From contig JBBSCJ010000017.1 of the NCBI GenBank assembly GCA_038250435.1, forward strand, positions 3,450 through 67,449: a DNA stretch of 64,000 nucleotides, written 5' to 3'. The notes under the pieces were generated by a model, which saw only the letters and a list, made by a program, of their open reading frames with translations, was not told the origin of the DNA and did no database searches. Shown here in pieces: positions 20,420 to 30,802 of this stretch. A program made the translations under genes and the position numbers. This stretch comes from Gemmatimonadales bacterium (GTDB lineage: Bacteria > Gemmatimonadota > Gemmatimonadetes > Gemmatimonadales > Gemmatimonadaceae). Position 1 is the stretch's first letter, and the number at the start of each line of letters is the position of its first letter.

Positions 20420-21538
20420 TCACTCCGTCAGAAAGATCGGCGCATCCTGAACGCGCAGCCGGACGCTGAAGAAGTCATACAGCACCCGGCAGACCGCGAG
20501 AGCTGGTACCGCAAACACGATCCCCATGATCCCTGCCAGCTCGCCACCGGCAATTACCGCGAGGAACACGAGTATGGGGTGCACCCGCACCGCTTCACTC
20601 TGCAGCCGCGGGGTGAGGACATTCCCCTCGAGTTGCTGAATCAGCAGAAAGAGCACGGCGGTCAGCAGCGCCCGCGTCGGCGAGACGGTGAGGGCGAGCA
20701 AGAGTGCGGGAATCGCTCCCAGCCACGCCCCAAGGAAGGGCACGAGCGCCGTGATCGCTACCCACACACCCAGCAGCAGCGCATAGGGGACTCCGAGCAC
20801 CGCAAGGGCGATCGCCGACAGCGCGCCCTGGACCGCCAGTGAAATGCCGAGTCCCACGAGGTAGCGCGACAACGTGTCACTGAACGCGACAATCAGCGCC
20901 TGGACATCGTGGCGGTAGTTCCCGGGGGAAAGCTGCAGCACCCGCGCCTGCATGGACCGTGCATCGGCCAGCAGGTACGCCGCCACGAACGCCATGCCGA
21001 ACAGCGCCACGACTGTGTTCAATGCTCCCGAAACCAGCCCGCCGAGACTGCCGAGGAGTCGACGCGCAGTCCCCTGGATGCCGGAAAGCAGGTTCTCCTT
21101 GAGGGTATTCACGAACTCCTCGGGCGAGCCGGGAAGCAGGCCGCGCCGCGACAGCGCATCCAGCAGCGAGGGCACGCGTTCATCGAGTTGCTGCGCAATA
21201 CCCGGGGCCGCATCGATGAGCGCCCCCAACTGCTCGACGAGTACCGGTACCAGCCCCGCCATCAGCAGCGCCAGCAGCGCTATCGCGCCCAGGAAAGAGA
21301 GCGTGATCGCGAATGATCGGCGCATGACATTGGTGAGCAGTCGCACGGGAAACGACAGCACCAACGCGAGCGCGAGACCCCCCAGCAACACCGACAACAC
21401 ACTCGGCGCCTGCCAGAGCAGCAGCAACAACAGTACGGCGGCGGCGAGCCCGAGCCACAACCGCATGCGGCGCGAGATCGGAATCGGCGTAGGCGTCCGG
21501 TTGAGCGCGCTATCGTCGGCGCGAGGGAGTGCGTTCAT
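20420..21538 (-). CDS. AI-2E family transporter (PerM/UPF0118)
   Basis: Polytopic membrane protein with the characteristic C-terminal LGAWLGAIPALLLAL ... IQQLEGNVLTP segment. Start ATG 21538. Confidence 0.8.
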   Translation of the reverse strand: MNALPRADDSALNRTPTPIPISRRMRLWLGLAAAVLLLLLLWQAPSVLSVLLGGLALALVLSFPVRLLTNVMRRSFAITLSFLGAIALLALLMAGLVPVLVEQLGALIDAAPGIAQQLDERVPSLLDALSRRGLLPGSPEEFVNTLKENLLSGIQGTARRLLGSLGGLVSGALNTVVALFGMAFVAAYLLADARSMQARVLQLSPGNYRHDVQALIVAFSDTLSRYLVGLGISLAVQGALSAIALAVLGVPYALLLGVWVAITALVPFLGAWLGAIPALLLALTVSPTRALLTAVLFLLIQQLEGNVLTPRLQSEAVRVHPILVFLAVIAGGELAGIMGIVFAVPALAVCRVLYDFFSVRLRVQDAPIFLTE

Positions 21539-21766
21539 GGTATGGGCAACGAGTGAACAGGCGAACAGGCGGGCACCCCGTCGGAAGCCAGCCGGGGGTG
21601 CGTAGAGACATCGGTACGTTCGGTAATTGCGGCCGCGCAATAAGGCGTTTGATTAGTCAGGATTGCAAGGCCCGCTCCGGCGCGGGGGCCAGGGCCGCAC
21701 CCTCTTTTGGGGGTGAGTCCGACGAGGTCGGGGCGCCAGGCACTCCCCCCTCGTTCCGGAGGTCCG

Positions 21767-22234
21767 GTGGACGCTGCATCGATTACCCTGGCGGTGAATG
21801 GTGAAGCTCAAACCTTCAGCGGCGATGCCGACCTGCCGCTGCTCTGGTTTCTGCGCGACGAACTCGCGCTCACCGGCACCAAGTACGGGTGCGGCATCTC
21901 TCAATGTGGCGTCTGCACCGTGCACGTGAACGGCACCGCGGTGCGCGCCTGCCAGCGGCGCATGGCAACGTTGAACGGCGCCACCGTCACCACGATCGAA
22001 GGGCTGCACCCTACCGGCGAGCATGCGCTGCAACAGGCATGGCGCGCGATCGACGTGCCGCAGTGCGGCTTCTGCCAAAGCGGACAGATCATGCAGGCGG
22101 CCACGTTGCTCGCGCGTACCACAACGCCCTCCGATGCGGACATCGATGCCGCGATGAACGGCCACATCTGCCGTTGCGGGACATATCCACGCATTCGCGC
22201 CGCCATCAAGAGCGCTGCGGAGCAGAGTCGATGA
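21767..22234 (+). CDS. (2Fe-2S)-binding small subunit of a molybdenum hydroxylase (IorA-like)
   Basis: GTG 21767 preceded by GGAGG. Cys clusters [12 protein letters not shown] and [10 protein letters not shown] ... CRCGTY. Confidence 0.85.
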   Translation: MDAASITLAVNGEAQTFSGDADLPLLWFLRDELALTGTKYGCGISQCGVCTVHVNGTAVRACQRRMATLNGATVTTIEGLHPTGEHALQQAWRAIDVPQCGFCQSGQIMQAATLLARTTTPSDADIDAAMNGHICRCGTYPRIRAAIKSAAEQSR

Positions 22235-23483
22235 GCGCGCGTGCACGACTCCCGTGGATGTCGGCCAACATCGAGCCCGGCAGCACCGATCGCCGGGAAT
22301 TCGTCATGCGGCTCGGCATGGGTGGCATCCTCCTCGCCGCCGGTGCTTTCGGTGTGCGCCGTCTGAACCCCGCCGACAGGACCGGCCACATCTCTCCCGT
22401 CACCTCGGCCGATCCGTGGGAGCCGCATGTCTACGTGCGCATCGGCGAAGACGGCATCGTGACGATCCTCTGTCATCGCTCCGAGATGGGACAGGGGATT
22501 CGCACCACGATGCCCATGATCATCGCCGACGAGATGGAAGCCGACTGGACGATGTGCCGTGTCGAGCAGGCGCCGGGTGAAGAAAAATACGGCAGCCAGC
22601 ACACCGATGGCTCCACCCGTGTGCGCGATTTTCTCGTGCGCTACCGCGAAGCCGGCGCCACGGCGCGCGCGTTGCTGGAAGACGCCGCCGCAAAGGAATG
22701 GGGCGTGACGGTAAGCGCGCTGGCCGCGCACAACGGCTCGGTCGTGCACCGCGCAAGCGGTCGCCGCAAAACGTTCGGGGCACTCGTCGCTACCGCCCGC
22801 GGTATCCCGATGCCAACGAAAGAGCGCGTGCGCGTCAAGCGACCGGACGAACGCCGCTACGAAGGCAAGGTGATGACCTCCATCGACCTGGTGCCGATGA
22901 CCACGGGAACCGCCAAGTACGGCGCCGACGTCACGCTTCCGGGCATGAAAGTGGCCGTGATCGCACGTCCGCCAGTGTGGGGCGGCAGGGTGCTTCCCGT
23001 GAACGACGCCGAGGCGCTCAAGATCGCCGGAGTCGACCGGATCGTGCCAATTCCCGCGTCACCGATGCCCGGAGCGTTTCTCCCATTGGGTGGTGTCGCG
23101 GTAATCGCGGCCAACACGTGGGCCGCGATAAAAGGGCGCGACGCACTGCGCATTACGTGGGACAATGGTGCCAACGCCAGCTACGACAGCAGCGCGTACA
23201 AAAGGGCGCTGCAGAATTCCGTACGCGCGCCCGGTAAGGCGGGGCGTACCAGCGGCAACGTGAGCCGCGGGCTTGCCGAAGCCGCGAAGCAAGTCAGCGC
23301 CGAGTACTATATGCCTCATCTGTCGCACGCGCAGATGGAGCCGCTGGTCGCGCTGGCGCATGTGCACGATGGAACGGTGGAGATCTGGGCACCCACGCAA
23401 TCGCCGATGGACGCGCGTAATGCAGTGGCGCAATACCTCGAAGTTGACGTGAAGCACGTCACCGTGAACGTCACGCTGCTGGG
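22231..23483 (+). pseudogene. molybdopterin-binding large subunit (IorB-like), 3'-truncated
   Basis: ATGA-coupled to iorA. Tat-like signal DRREFVMRLGMGGILLAAGA. Family-like sequence runs to ...KHVTVNVTLLG, where relatives continue GGGFGRK. Here it becomes an Arg-rich translation antisense to the next gene. Confidence 0.6.
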
Positions 23484-23580
23484 CGCCAGTTCGCAGAGTG
23501 GCCGGCGGGCACACGCACTGGCTGGCGCTCGCTTTTCTGCGGCATCTCCAGCGTCGGCCTGCGTCCGACGACATCACACG

Positions 23581-24234
23581 TCAGCGACGACGAAAGCCGA
23601 CGGTCGCACCGATCGAGAACAAGGTACCCGATCCGTCAAAGCCGACGGGGATTATGATGCTCGGCGTGAGCGCAAAAATGTCGTTGAAGCGCAAGCTGGC
23701 GCCGAAGCCGAGCTGTCCGCCGGTCTCCGTCGCCGACTCCGACTCACCTTCGCCGGAGACTTCAACACGAGCACGCACCGAAAGCAGTCCTGCACGCACG
23801 AACGGCACGGTCGGCGTGACCGGAACGGACATCCCGAACGCGGCACTCAGTCCGGCGGCGAGTGCAGACGCCCTAAACGGACCGATATTCGGGCCGTTCT
23901 GATAGTCAAGCGTCACGATCGGGCAGACGTGCACACGACGGGTCGTTCCGACATGACGCTCGAGGCCAAGATCGCCACCGAAGGTCGTCGCACTGGCGTC
24001 GTCGGCACCATCGGCCGGGATGTAGCCAACCGACAGACCGCCGAACACGCTGTTGCTGTTAACGCCCACGCGACCGACGTACGAGTTCGTATTGTTCGCG
24101 AATTGCGCATTCGCGCCAAGGTTCGCGCGCGTTACGGTGAGGTCAGGGAGTCCGACGCACGTTTGAGCGACGGCGACGGAGGAGGCGCAAGCAGTGAAAG
24201 CAGTGACAGCTGCAAACATACGAATGCGGGTCAT
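23581..24234 (-). CDS. outer-membrane beta-barrel protein (OmpW/OmpA-beta-barrel-like)
   Basis: Signal peptide MTRIRMFAAVTAFTACASSVAVAQ and alternating beta-strand pattern through to the C-terminus. Start ATG 24234. Confidence 0.6.
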   Translation of the reverse strand: MTRIRMFAAVTAFTACASSVAVAQTCVGLPDLTVTRANLGANAQFANNTNSYVGRVGVNSNSVFGGLSVGYIPADGADDASATTFGGDLGLERHVGTTRRVHVCPIVTLDYQNGPNIGPFRASALAAGLSAAFGMSVPVTPTVPFVRAGLLSVRARVEVSGEGESESATETGGQLGFGASLRFNDIFALTPSIIIPVGFDGSGTLFSIGATVGFRRR

Positions 24235-25012
24235 AGCGCTCCAGAACGGTTGGTGATGCACGGCGGGCAGTAGGCGCCCCACCTTGCCGGACGTCGTGGT
24301 CACCTGCAACTTCCTCGCCGAAACGTCGCGTTCGCTGATGATGACCTGCGGAACAGGGCGGCGCGTCTTCATCTTCGCCTGCGCGCAATCTGCGCAAGCG
24401 CAGTGGGCGTCCGTTTTCGAGACTCCGTGCCTCGAGTCGCTTCCGGCGCGCGCGGTTTATCGCCTACCGTTTGATTGGGACAACACGGCATGGGGTGCGG
24501 TAGACTCGTTCGGAATGGCACGGGTTGGTGAGGCGACGTCAGGTGCCGCCGCCATGCTGCGTCGACGCGAAGGCGCGCTAGCGTGACAAACCTTACGAAG
24601 CGGATGCGCGGGCGGCGCTTCGCACCAGCTGTGATTGCCGGCTGTCGCTCGGCGCAACTCAAGCAGCGGCGCATCACGTTTCGGCTCGCGTGATCTGATT
24701 CGCGCGTTTCCGCCGAAACCCGAGACCGCTGCGAACGCCGAGCCCGCCACGATCACCCCTGAGCATCACGAAGGGCCCCGCCGACGTCGACGTCGTGACA
24801 AGCGTTGTCACCCTGGTGTCGCGAACCGGTCACTTCCTCTTGACGCTCGACAGGGGTCGCTGAACTCCCGGTAAATTCTCAAGGTCAAAGGCCCAGCAGC
24901 GGACTCACCATGAGTGGTGAGGCTTTCCTCCTGACCGGTAACGTATGCAGTCGCATGTGATCCAGACGCGAAGCGTTCTCCGCACGATATCTGAGCTGAA
25001 ACGGACGTCGTC

Positions 25013-26839
25013 ATGAGCCCTGAACGTTGGTCTCAGCGTGCGTCGAGTCATGGGGTAGCGCGCGTGTCGGATCGCCCGGTGCGTCGGTATGCGCAGCGAC
25101 CGTTGCTGGCCTGCGCGGCCGCCACCCTCTGCAGCGCCTTCCTCGGCGCCTGCGCCGACCGCGCTGCCGGCCCCTCTCTTTCCCAGCCAACCGGCTGCAA
25201 CTCGGCGCGCTCCCTCCAGGTCGGACAAGTGCAACTGATTTCGGGGGGAGCGAGCCTCGAGTGCATCGTGCTGGCCGGGACCGCCGAGGTGAGCGAGTAT
25301 GCGATCATTACGGCGAATGCCGCCTCACGGCAGGATGAACTGCAGAGCTATCGGGTGACCGGCGAGCCGGGGGCCGGCGCAGCCACTGTTGCGATAAGTT
25401 CGGCGGCGAACAATGTGAGTACATCGCAACCGATCGATGAATCCGCAGCGCTCGCCGCATCCGCCCGTCTTGAGGCCGGGTTGCGCGCCAGGTCACGCCT
25501 GCCCTTGGCTGGTCATGACCTTACCCGTGTCGCGGCGGCTGCGAGGCTCCCTTTTCTGCGCGGAAATCAGGAGGGTCCGGTTCCGGCCCACAGCGGCAGC
25601 CGGGCGGCGATGGCGGTCGGCGACACCGTCAGCTATCGGGTCGGTGACGCGCGGACGACCACCATGTGCACCACATTCTCGAACGTCCGGGCGGTGGTGC
25701 GGGCCGTCGGGACGCGGGCGATGGTGGTGCAGGACGTGACGGCGCCGATGAGCGGTTTCACCGCCGCAGACTTCGCGGCGATTGCCAGTGAGTACGACGC
25801 GATCGTGCACCCCACCGAGGTGCAGTGGTTCGGTGAACCGACCGATATCAACGGCGATAGGCGCGTAACGCTGTTGTTCACGCCCGCAGTCAACCGACTG
25901 ACGCCCACGGGATCGTTGGGCTTTGTCGGAGGATATTTCTGGGCGGCCGATCTACTGCCGCGCAGCGTGCCGAGTCAGAACTACACGTGTCCCGCCAGCA
26001 ACGAACAGGAGATCATGTATCTCCTGACGCCGGACCCCGACGGCCAGGTCAACGGCAATCGGTTCACCGTGACAACGGTCCGGCGTGCGATGCGCGGCAC
26101 CGTGGCTCATGAGCTGCAGCATCTGATCAATCAGGGCGTCCGTCAGGGGCTGGGCGCGCCCCCGGAGGTGGACTGGTTGAATGAAGGCTTGTCCCACTTC
26201 GCGGAGGAGCTGGTGGGTCGCGCCGTCCGCGGTTTCCCGAGCACGCGTCGACTGGATTACGATGATGTGCTGGTCGACCTCGACGACTTCGATTCGTTCT
26301 TCCGGCAGAACCTCATTCGTCTGCGCTCGTGGATGGCCCGTCCCGACCTCGCCTCCCCGATCAGCAGCAAGGCCCTGAGCGAGTTGGCTCCCCGCGGCGC
26401 GTCGTGGGCGTTGTTGCGCTACTCGCTGGATCAATACGCGGGCGCATCGCCGGCAACGTTCACCCGCGCGCTGGTGATCGGTCCGCAGGTGGACGTCGCG
26501 AACCTCGAAGCGCGGGCTCGGGTGCCGTTTTCGGAGATTCAGCCGGGATTTCTGATGGCGGCGCTGGGTGACACCCTCGTCACTGGGCTGCTTCCGCGGT
26601 TCCGCTTCACGTCGTGGGCCATCCGTGATGCCATGTCCGGCATCAACGGTGGTTTCTTCCCGCTACGACTGACGGCGCTTCCGGTCGAAACCATCACGCA
26701 GTCGCTGTCCGGATCGGGCAATTACTTCCTGCTCTCGCGCCCCGCTGGCTCCGGTCCGTTCACCTTCCGCATGCGCGCCGAGAACGGGGGCCTGGTCGGA
26801 TTTCCCGACGCACGTGTGTATCTGCTCCGTTTGCGCTGA
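25013..26839 (+). CDS. gluzincin-like (HEXXH...E) metallopeptidase lipoprotein
   Basis: Lipobox FLGAC. HELQH followed 20 aa later by WLNEGLSHFAEE, the M1-like third zinc ligand motif WLNEG. Confidence 0.65.
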   Translation: MSPERWSQRASSHGVARVSDRPVRRYAQRPLLACAAATLCSAFLGACADRAAGPSLSQPTGCNSARSLQVGQVQLISGGASLECIVLAGTAEVSEYAIITANAASRQDELQSYRVTGEPGAGAATVAISSAANNVSTSQPIDESAALAASARLEAGLRARSRLPLAGHDLTRVAAAARLPFLRGNQEGPVPAHSGSRAAMAVGDTVSYRVGDARTTTMCTTFSNVRAVVRAVGTRAMVVQDVTAPMSGFTAADFAAIASEYDAIVHPTEVQWFGEPTDINGDRRVTLLFTPAVNRLTPTGSLGFVGGYFWAADLLPRSVPSQNYTCPASNEQEIMYLLTPDPDGQVNGNRFTVTTVRRAMRGTVAHELQHLINQGVRQGLGAPPEVDWLNEGLSHFAEELVGRAVRGFPSTRRLDYDDVLVDLDDFDSFFRQNLIRLRSWMARPDLASPISSKALSELAPRGASWALLRYSLDQYAGASPATFTRALVIGPQVDVANLEARARVPFSEIQPGFLMAALGDTLVTGLLPRFRFTSWAIRDAMSGINGGFFPLRLTALPVETITQSLSGSGNYFLLSRPAGSGPFTFRMRAENGGLVGFPDARVYLLRLR

Positions 26840-26904
26840 GCCGACGCGCCAGTTCGCCGACAGGCCGATCGCGATCCGCCGTTATGTCGTCAGATGTCGC
26901 GTCG

Positions 26905-28245
26905 TCAGATGTCGAGCTGGAGATCCTCGACGCGGGTGAGGTTGCCCGCGCGGTCTACAGCGTATACGATGACGCCGAAATAGTCGTTGAAGTTGCCGAA
27001 GCCGATATTCACGAGGAATTCGGGAATGGTCGTGCCGAGTGTGCCGGCTGGCTGCAGGACAACGCGGTCGGGCTGGCCGTTGGCCGTGGTGAGTACGCCA
27101 TCGCGCAGCAGGTACACCACGAAGAGTCCCACAAAATCGGCGTTGGGATCTGATACGCTGACATCCACCAGAATGCTCCTGGTGCCATTGCGCCGCCCGT
27201 TTAACGGATTCACCACCGGCCGTTGCGCTGCGTTGGATGGCCGGATCGGCATCTCGACGTATGCCGAGGTGTTCCCGCGACTGTCAGCGACCCAGGCTCC
27301 GAGACAGCGGTTGGCCAGTAAGGAGTCGGGAATGGCGATGTCGTAAGCCCCGACAATGACGGCGGTATCGCGTCCGGAAACGTTGGGCTGGCCGCTGAAG
27401 GGGCTGCGTCGTTGGCCGCCTCCGGGGAGCACCGTGCGCTGGTTGCAATCGGTGATGTCCACAAAGGTTTGCTCAATATCCCTGTCCGGATCCACCGCGC
27501 GAATCACGTAGCCGAACGACCCTCCGCTATAGCTGCCGGCGAGCAACGCGATGCGCGGGCGCTGGGCCGGGGAGGCGCACACGACGCGAAACGGCACGAA
27601 GGCGCCTCCGGCCGGCCGAATGAATACGGGCACCGTGGCGCCGCCATCGCTGGTGATGGTGCAGTTGTCGGAGACGTGACGGAGGATCACGTCGTAGCGG
27701 CCGGGCGCCAGGCCGTCGAGCCTGATGGTATCGTTGGCCGGAAGGATGGCGGCCGTTTCTCTGCCGACCGAGTCCCGCACCGTCACGACAAAGTCGGAAT
27801 CCGCGCGAAACCCGTCCACGAAGGCCGCAACAACCAGTGATGGTGCGCAGGTGAGGGAGAAGCGGATGACCGAGGTATTGGTGTTGGGCGGTACGACGAT
27901 CGCCTGAGCCGACCCATCGCGTATGCCGCACGTTGGCGGCACGTCGGAGATATCCACGCGGTAGGTTGCCGCCGCGACGGGGATGATGACCGTGTCGCGC
28001 GCGCTGGCTCGAAACGTCGTGTCGAAGCCCAGGGTGCCGGATAGCTCCCGCACCCGGAAGGCATACGGACCGCCGGTAGCCACGCCGGCCACGGCGTCCA
28101 CTCGCAGGAGAATGGCGAGGAAGGGAGGCTGCTGCGAGGGCCCGGTTACCCGGTCGGAGACGCAGCTTCCCAGCGTAAGCAGGGGAAGGCAGAGCGAGAC
28201 AAGGCGGCGTTGCAGCGGCCGCGGGCCGGAACCGGGAAATGACAT
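26905..28245 (-). CDS. hypothetical lipoprotein (beta-rich), last gene of the large surface-protein operon
   Basis: Lipobox LTLGSC. ATG 28245. No catalytic motif. Confidence 0.55.
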   Translation of the reverse strand: MSFPGSGPRPLQRRLVSLCLPLLTLGSCVSDRVTGPSQQPPFLAILLRVDAVAGVATGGPYAFRVRELSGTLGFDTTFRASARDTVIIPVAAATYRVDISDVPPTCGIRDGSAQAIVVPPNTNTSVIRFSLTCAPSLVVAAFVDGFRADSDFVVTVRDSVGRETAAILPANDTIRLDGLAPGRYDVILRHVSDNCTITSDGGATVPVFIRPAGGAFVPFRVVCASPAQRPRIALLAGSYSGGSFGYVIRAVDPDRDIEQTFVDITDCNQRTVLPGGGQRRSPFSGQPNVSGRDTAVIVGAYDIAIPDSLLANRCLGAWVADSRGNTSAYVEMPIRPSNAAQRPVVNPLNGRRNGTRSILVDVSVSDPNADFVGLFVVYLLRDGVLTTANGQPDRVVLQPAGTLGTTIPEFLVNIGFGNFNDYFGVIVYAVDRAGNLTRVEDLQLDI

Positions 28246-28369
28246 GGAGCCCAGCGGGGAGACGCGAGGCGGGGAAGCGCCGAGAGGCACCTCCCCGAAA
28301 ACACTCGGGATTCATTGAACAATACGGGGACGCCGCATCGGCGTCCCCGCATGCTGTGCATCGATCAGG

Positions 28370-30718
28370 TCACGGCGTGACGGCCGACGCCCAACCGTGG
28401 GTCCATCCCGAGTACCACGGAACGTTGTTGCGCGACGGGCTCGCCGGCGAAACGGCACCGCTGTAGGTAGCCGTCACGTCAAGGAAGCCAGCCGGTGCAC
28501 CGAGCGGGTTGGCCGGCGGGGCAAAGGTGCCGCCCGCCGTGCCGAACGTCGGACGGAAGTCGGGTACAATCACGTTCAGCGGGCTGAGCAGCGGGCTCGT
28601 TGCCGGAAACAGGTTGGTTCCGGCGGCTTGGAGCGCGTTCACTTCCGTGCCGCCGACGCCTGCGCAGCCAACTGGATCGCTGCCATCAGGCTCGTCCAAA
28701 CGCCCAACTTGCGTGAAGATCGAATGGGCGATTTCCATACCGGCTGCCGTGTTGAAGCCCGTGCACGTCGCATCGTTGTCGATGTCCAACGCGAAGGGGA
28801 AGTTCTGCACGATGAAGTTGAACATCTTCGGTTGGGCGCCTACGCGGACGTGCAGGCCCCGGATCGAGTTGTTACCGACAGTGCCGCCGGTGCTCGCCAG
28901 ATCCTTACCGACCACGGTGAAGTTGTAGAGTTTGGGCGCGGAGCGCGGCAGCGCGTTGTTATCCGGGCCGTTGTTATCCATCTCGAGGCCGCTGTCCGAG
29001 TCGCGCGGATCGTGCTGCACGATCACGAACTGCACGTTGCCGGTAAACGACTCGGTGAAGTCGAAGGAGTCGTCCGAGTTGGCGGTGAGGTAAAGGTATC
29101 GCGCGTTCACCGTGCCACCGAAGAACTCGATGCCGTCGTCCAGCCCGGCGTGCACCTGGATATGGTCGATTGTGGTGCCTCGACCCACGCCGTAGAGGGC
29201 GAGGCCATTCAGCTCGTTGGTAGCAGTGAAACGGAAGCCGGCGTAGTCGATGATGTTGTACTGCATGATGCCGCTGTTGTCGTCATCATTGCAGCCACCA
29301 TAAAGCCGGGCCGTGCGTCCTTCAGCCACGGTCTGCACGCAGCCGCCCACGGTGGCACGGCCGGTAACGATCGGGCTGTCTGACGTGCCGCGGTTGTTCG
29401 AGGCGTTGCCCAAGATAGAGATGCCACCCCAGCAACCCTTCGACCGGGCGCTTTCCCCAGCAAGCTGGGTGCAGGTCCACACGATGGGCTGGAGCGGCGT
29501 ACCGACCGCGTTGATCCGGCCGTCCCGGGCAACGTAGAATGCCGAGCCGTCCGTCGAGGCGAACTGGGTCGTCGGCTGGCCGGCGGGGCACTGGGGCGTG
29601 AAGGGCAGCGGACCGCAGATCTGTTGGCCGACACCACCACGGATGCCCTCGATTCGCGTGCCCGCCTCGATCGTGAGGGTGGCGCCACCCGTCACGACCA
29701 CCTCGTCGCGGAGCTCGTAGATGTTGCCATTCGTCCACGTGGTGTTCGTGGTGATGTTGCCGATCACGACCACGCGGTTCGAAGCCGGGCTCAACGGCCG
29801 ACCCGGAATGATTTCGCCGACAACCGGCTGATCGTTGCCGACGAACTCGTTGACGATGGCAAGGGCGTCATCCAGCCCGATCTCGCGAGAAACACCGTCC
29901 GTTTCGATGCCGGGGGCGAGAGGATCGCCGGCGGCACCGACACCCGGCTGGTTGAATGGCTGCACGTTGGCGGCCACGACGCCGTCGACGTCACCATTCG
30001 GTCCGGTGCCATCGGTGCCGATAATCAGCTCCGCGTTGCCGACGACCACATTGATGACGAACAGGGCATCGTCGAGCTGCAGGAGACCGTTGAGGTTGAC
30101 GTCACCGAACCTGAGCCCCGGGCGGATTTCACCGGGATCTTGCGACACCTGCCCGCCAAGCGCCGCGAGCCATTCGTCCAACGACAGCGTTGAGGCCGCA
30201 CCCGTCGTGACCAGCGCCCTGTTTTCGCGAACGCCGCCACGCACAAGCGCCGCGACACGCGCGACGGGCGACCCGTTCAGCATGGCGTCGGTCACGTCGA
30301 AGTCGAGACCGGCGGCGTAGCCTGCACCCGCAACCTCGAAAAGGATAGGCTGGCTGTGCTGGATGCCGGTGCCATCGGCTACGACGAGCGTCAGTGCGCC
30401 TCGGCTGGCCTCGCGGTCGTTCACCATGAGGATCTCATCGCTGCTGCCGTCACGCAGCTGTCCGACATAGCGGAGCTGCGACGGGTTGAAGCGCAACGTA
30501 CCCTGCACGCCGCCAAGGTTTGCCGACGTCTCGTTTGACAGAGACACCGCGATGCGTGCGCCAGCCACCGCGTTGATGTCGGACACCTCGAGCGCGAGCG
30601 TGGCGCTCGAGGAAGCCCGGGCCGCCGGAGCGGTCAGGGTCTCGCTGCGCTCGCAGGCGGCAAGGAGTCCGAGCGAAGCCATCCCGAACACGGCGCCGCG
30701 GAGAGTGAAACCTTTCAT
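28370..30718 (-). CDS. secreted lipoprotein with cohesin-like, dockerin-like and beta-helix-type modules
   Basis: ATG 30718 preceded by AGGAG. Lipobox LLAAC. Dockerin/EF-hand-like GDVNLNGLLQLDDALFVINVVVG and IGLDDALAIVNEFVG. The C-terminal 443 aa are paralogous to the N-terminal half of the 42227..45010 product and end in NNVPWYSGWT. Confidence 0.6.
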   Translation of the reverse strand: MKGFTLRGAVFGMASLGLLAACERSETLTAPAARASSSATLALEVSDINAVAGARIAVSLSNETSANLGGVQGTLRFNPSQLRYVGQLRDGSSDEILMVNDREASRGALTLVVADGTGIQHSQPILFEVAGAGYAAGLDFDVTDAMLNGSPVARVAALVRGGVRENRALVTTGAASTLSLDEWLAALGGQVSQDPGEIRPGLRFGDVNLNGLLQLDDALFVINVVVGNAELIIGTDGTGPNGDVDGVVAANVQPFNQPGVGAAGDPLAPGIETDGVSREIGLDDALAIVNEFVGNDQPVVGEIIPGRPLSPASNRVVVIGNITTNTTWTNGNIYELRDEVVVTGGATLTIEAGTRIEGIRGGVGQQICGPLPFTPQCPAGQPTTQFASTDGSAFYVARDGRINAVGTPLQPIVWTCTQLAGESARSKGCWGGISILGNASNNRGTSDSPIVTGRATVGGCVQTVAEGRTARLYGGCNDDDNSGIMQYNIIDYAGFRFTATNELNGLALYGVGRGTTIDHIQVHAGLDDGIEFFGGTVNARYLYLTANSDDSFDFTESFTGNVQFVIVQHDPRDSDSGLEMDNNGPDNNALPRSAPKLYNFTVVGKDLASTGGTVGNNSIRGLHVRVGAQPKMFNFIVQNFPFALDIDNDATCTGFNTAAGMEIAHSIFTQVGRLDEPDGSDPVGCAGVGGTEVNALQAAGTNLFPATSPLLSPLNVIVPDFRPTFGTAGGTFAPPANPLGAPAGFLDVTATYSGAVSPASPSRNNVPWYSGWTHGWASAVTP

Positions 30719-30802
30719 CGATGGATCTCCTGAAAGTAGTTGTTCATGACCTGGACCGACTCGCGATGGCGAGCCAGTCCCGATCACGATTCGAAGGCAG
30801 AG

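Noticed and set aside
21889-24273. 794-aa ORF that could be taken as a full-length molybdopterin subunit
   Set aside because: The first 114 codons overlap iorA out of frame. The real start is the ATGA-coupled ATG at 22231. Everything after about 23484 is antisense to the OMP gene and not family-like.
24235-25012. Roughly 780-bp intergenic region as a possible ncRNA or riboswitch
   Set aside because: Only small hairpins and palindromes are present (e.g. CTGCGC...GCGCAG at about 24379-24403 and CTCACC-ATGAGT-GGTGAG at about 24904-24921). No conserved riboswitch, RNase P, SRP or tmRNA signature was recognised. It is probably a divergent promoter region.
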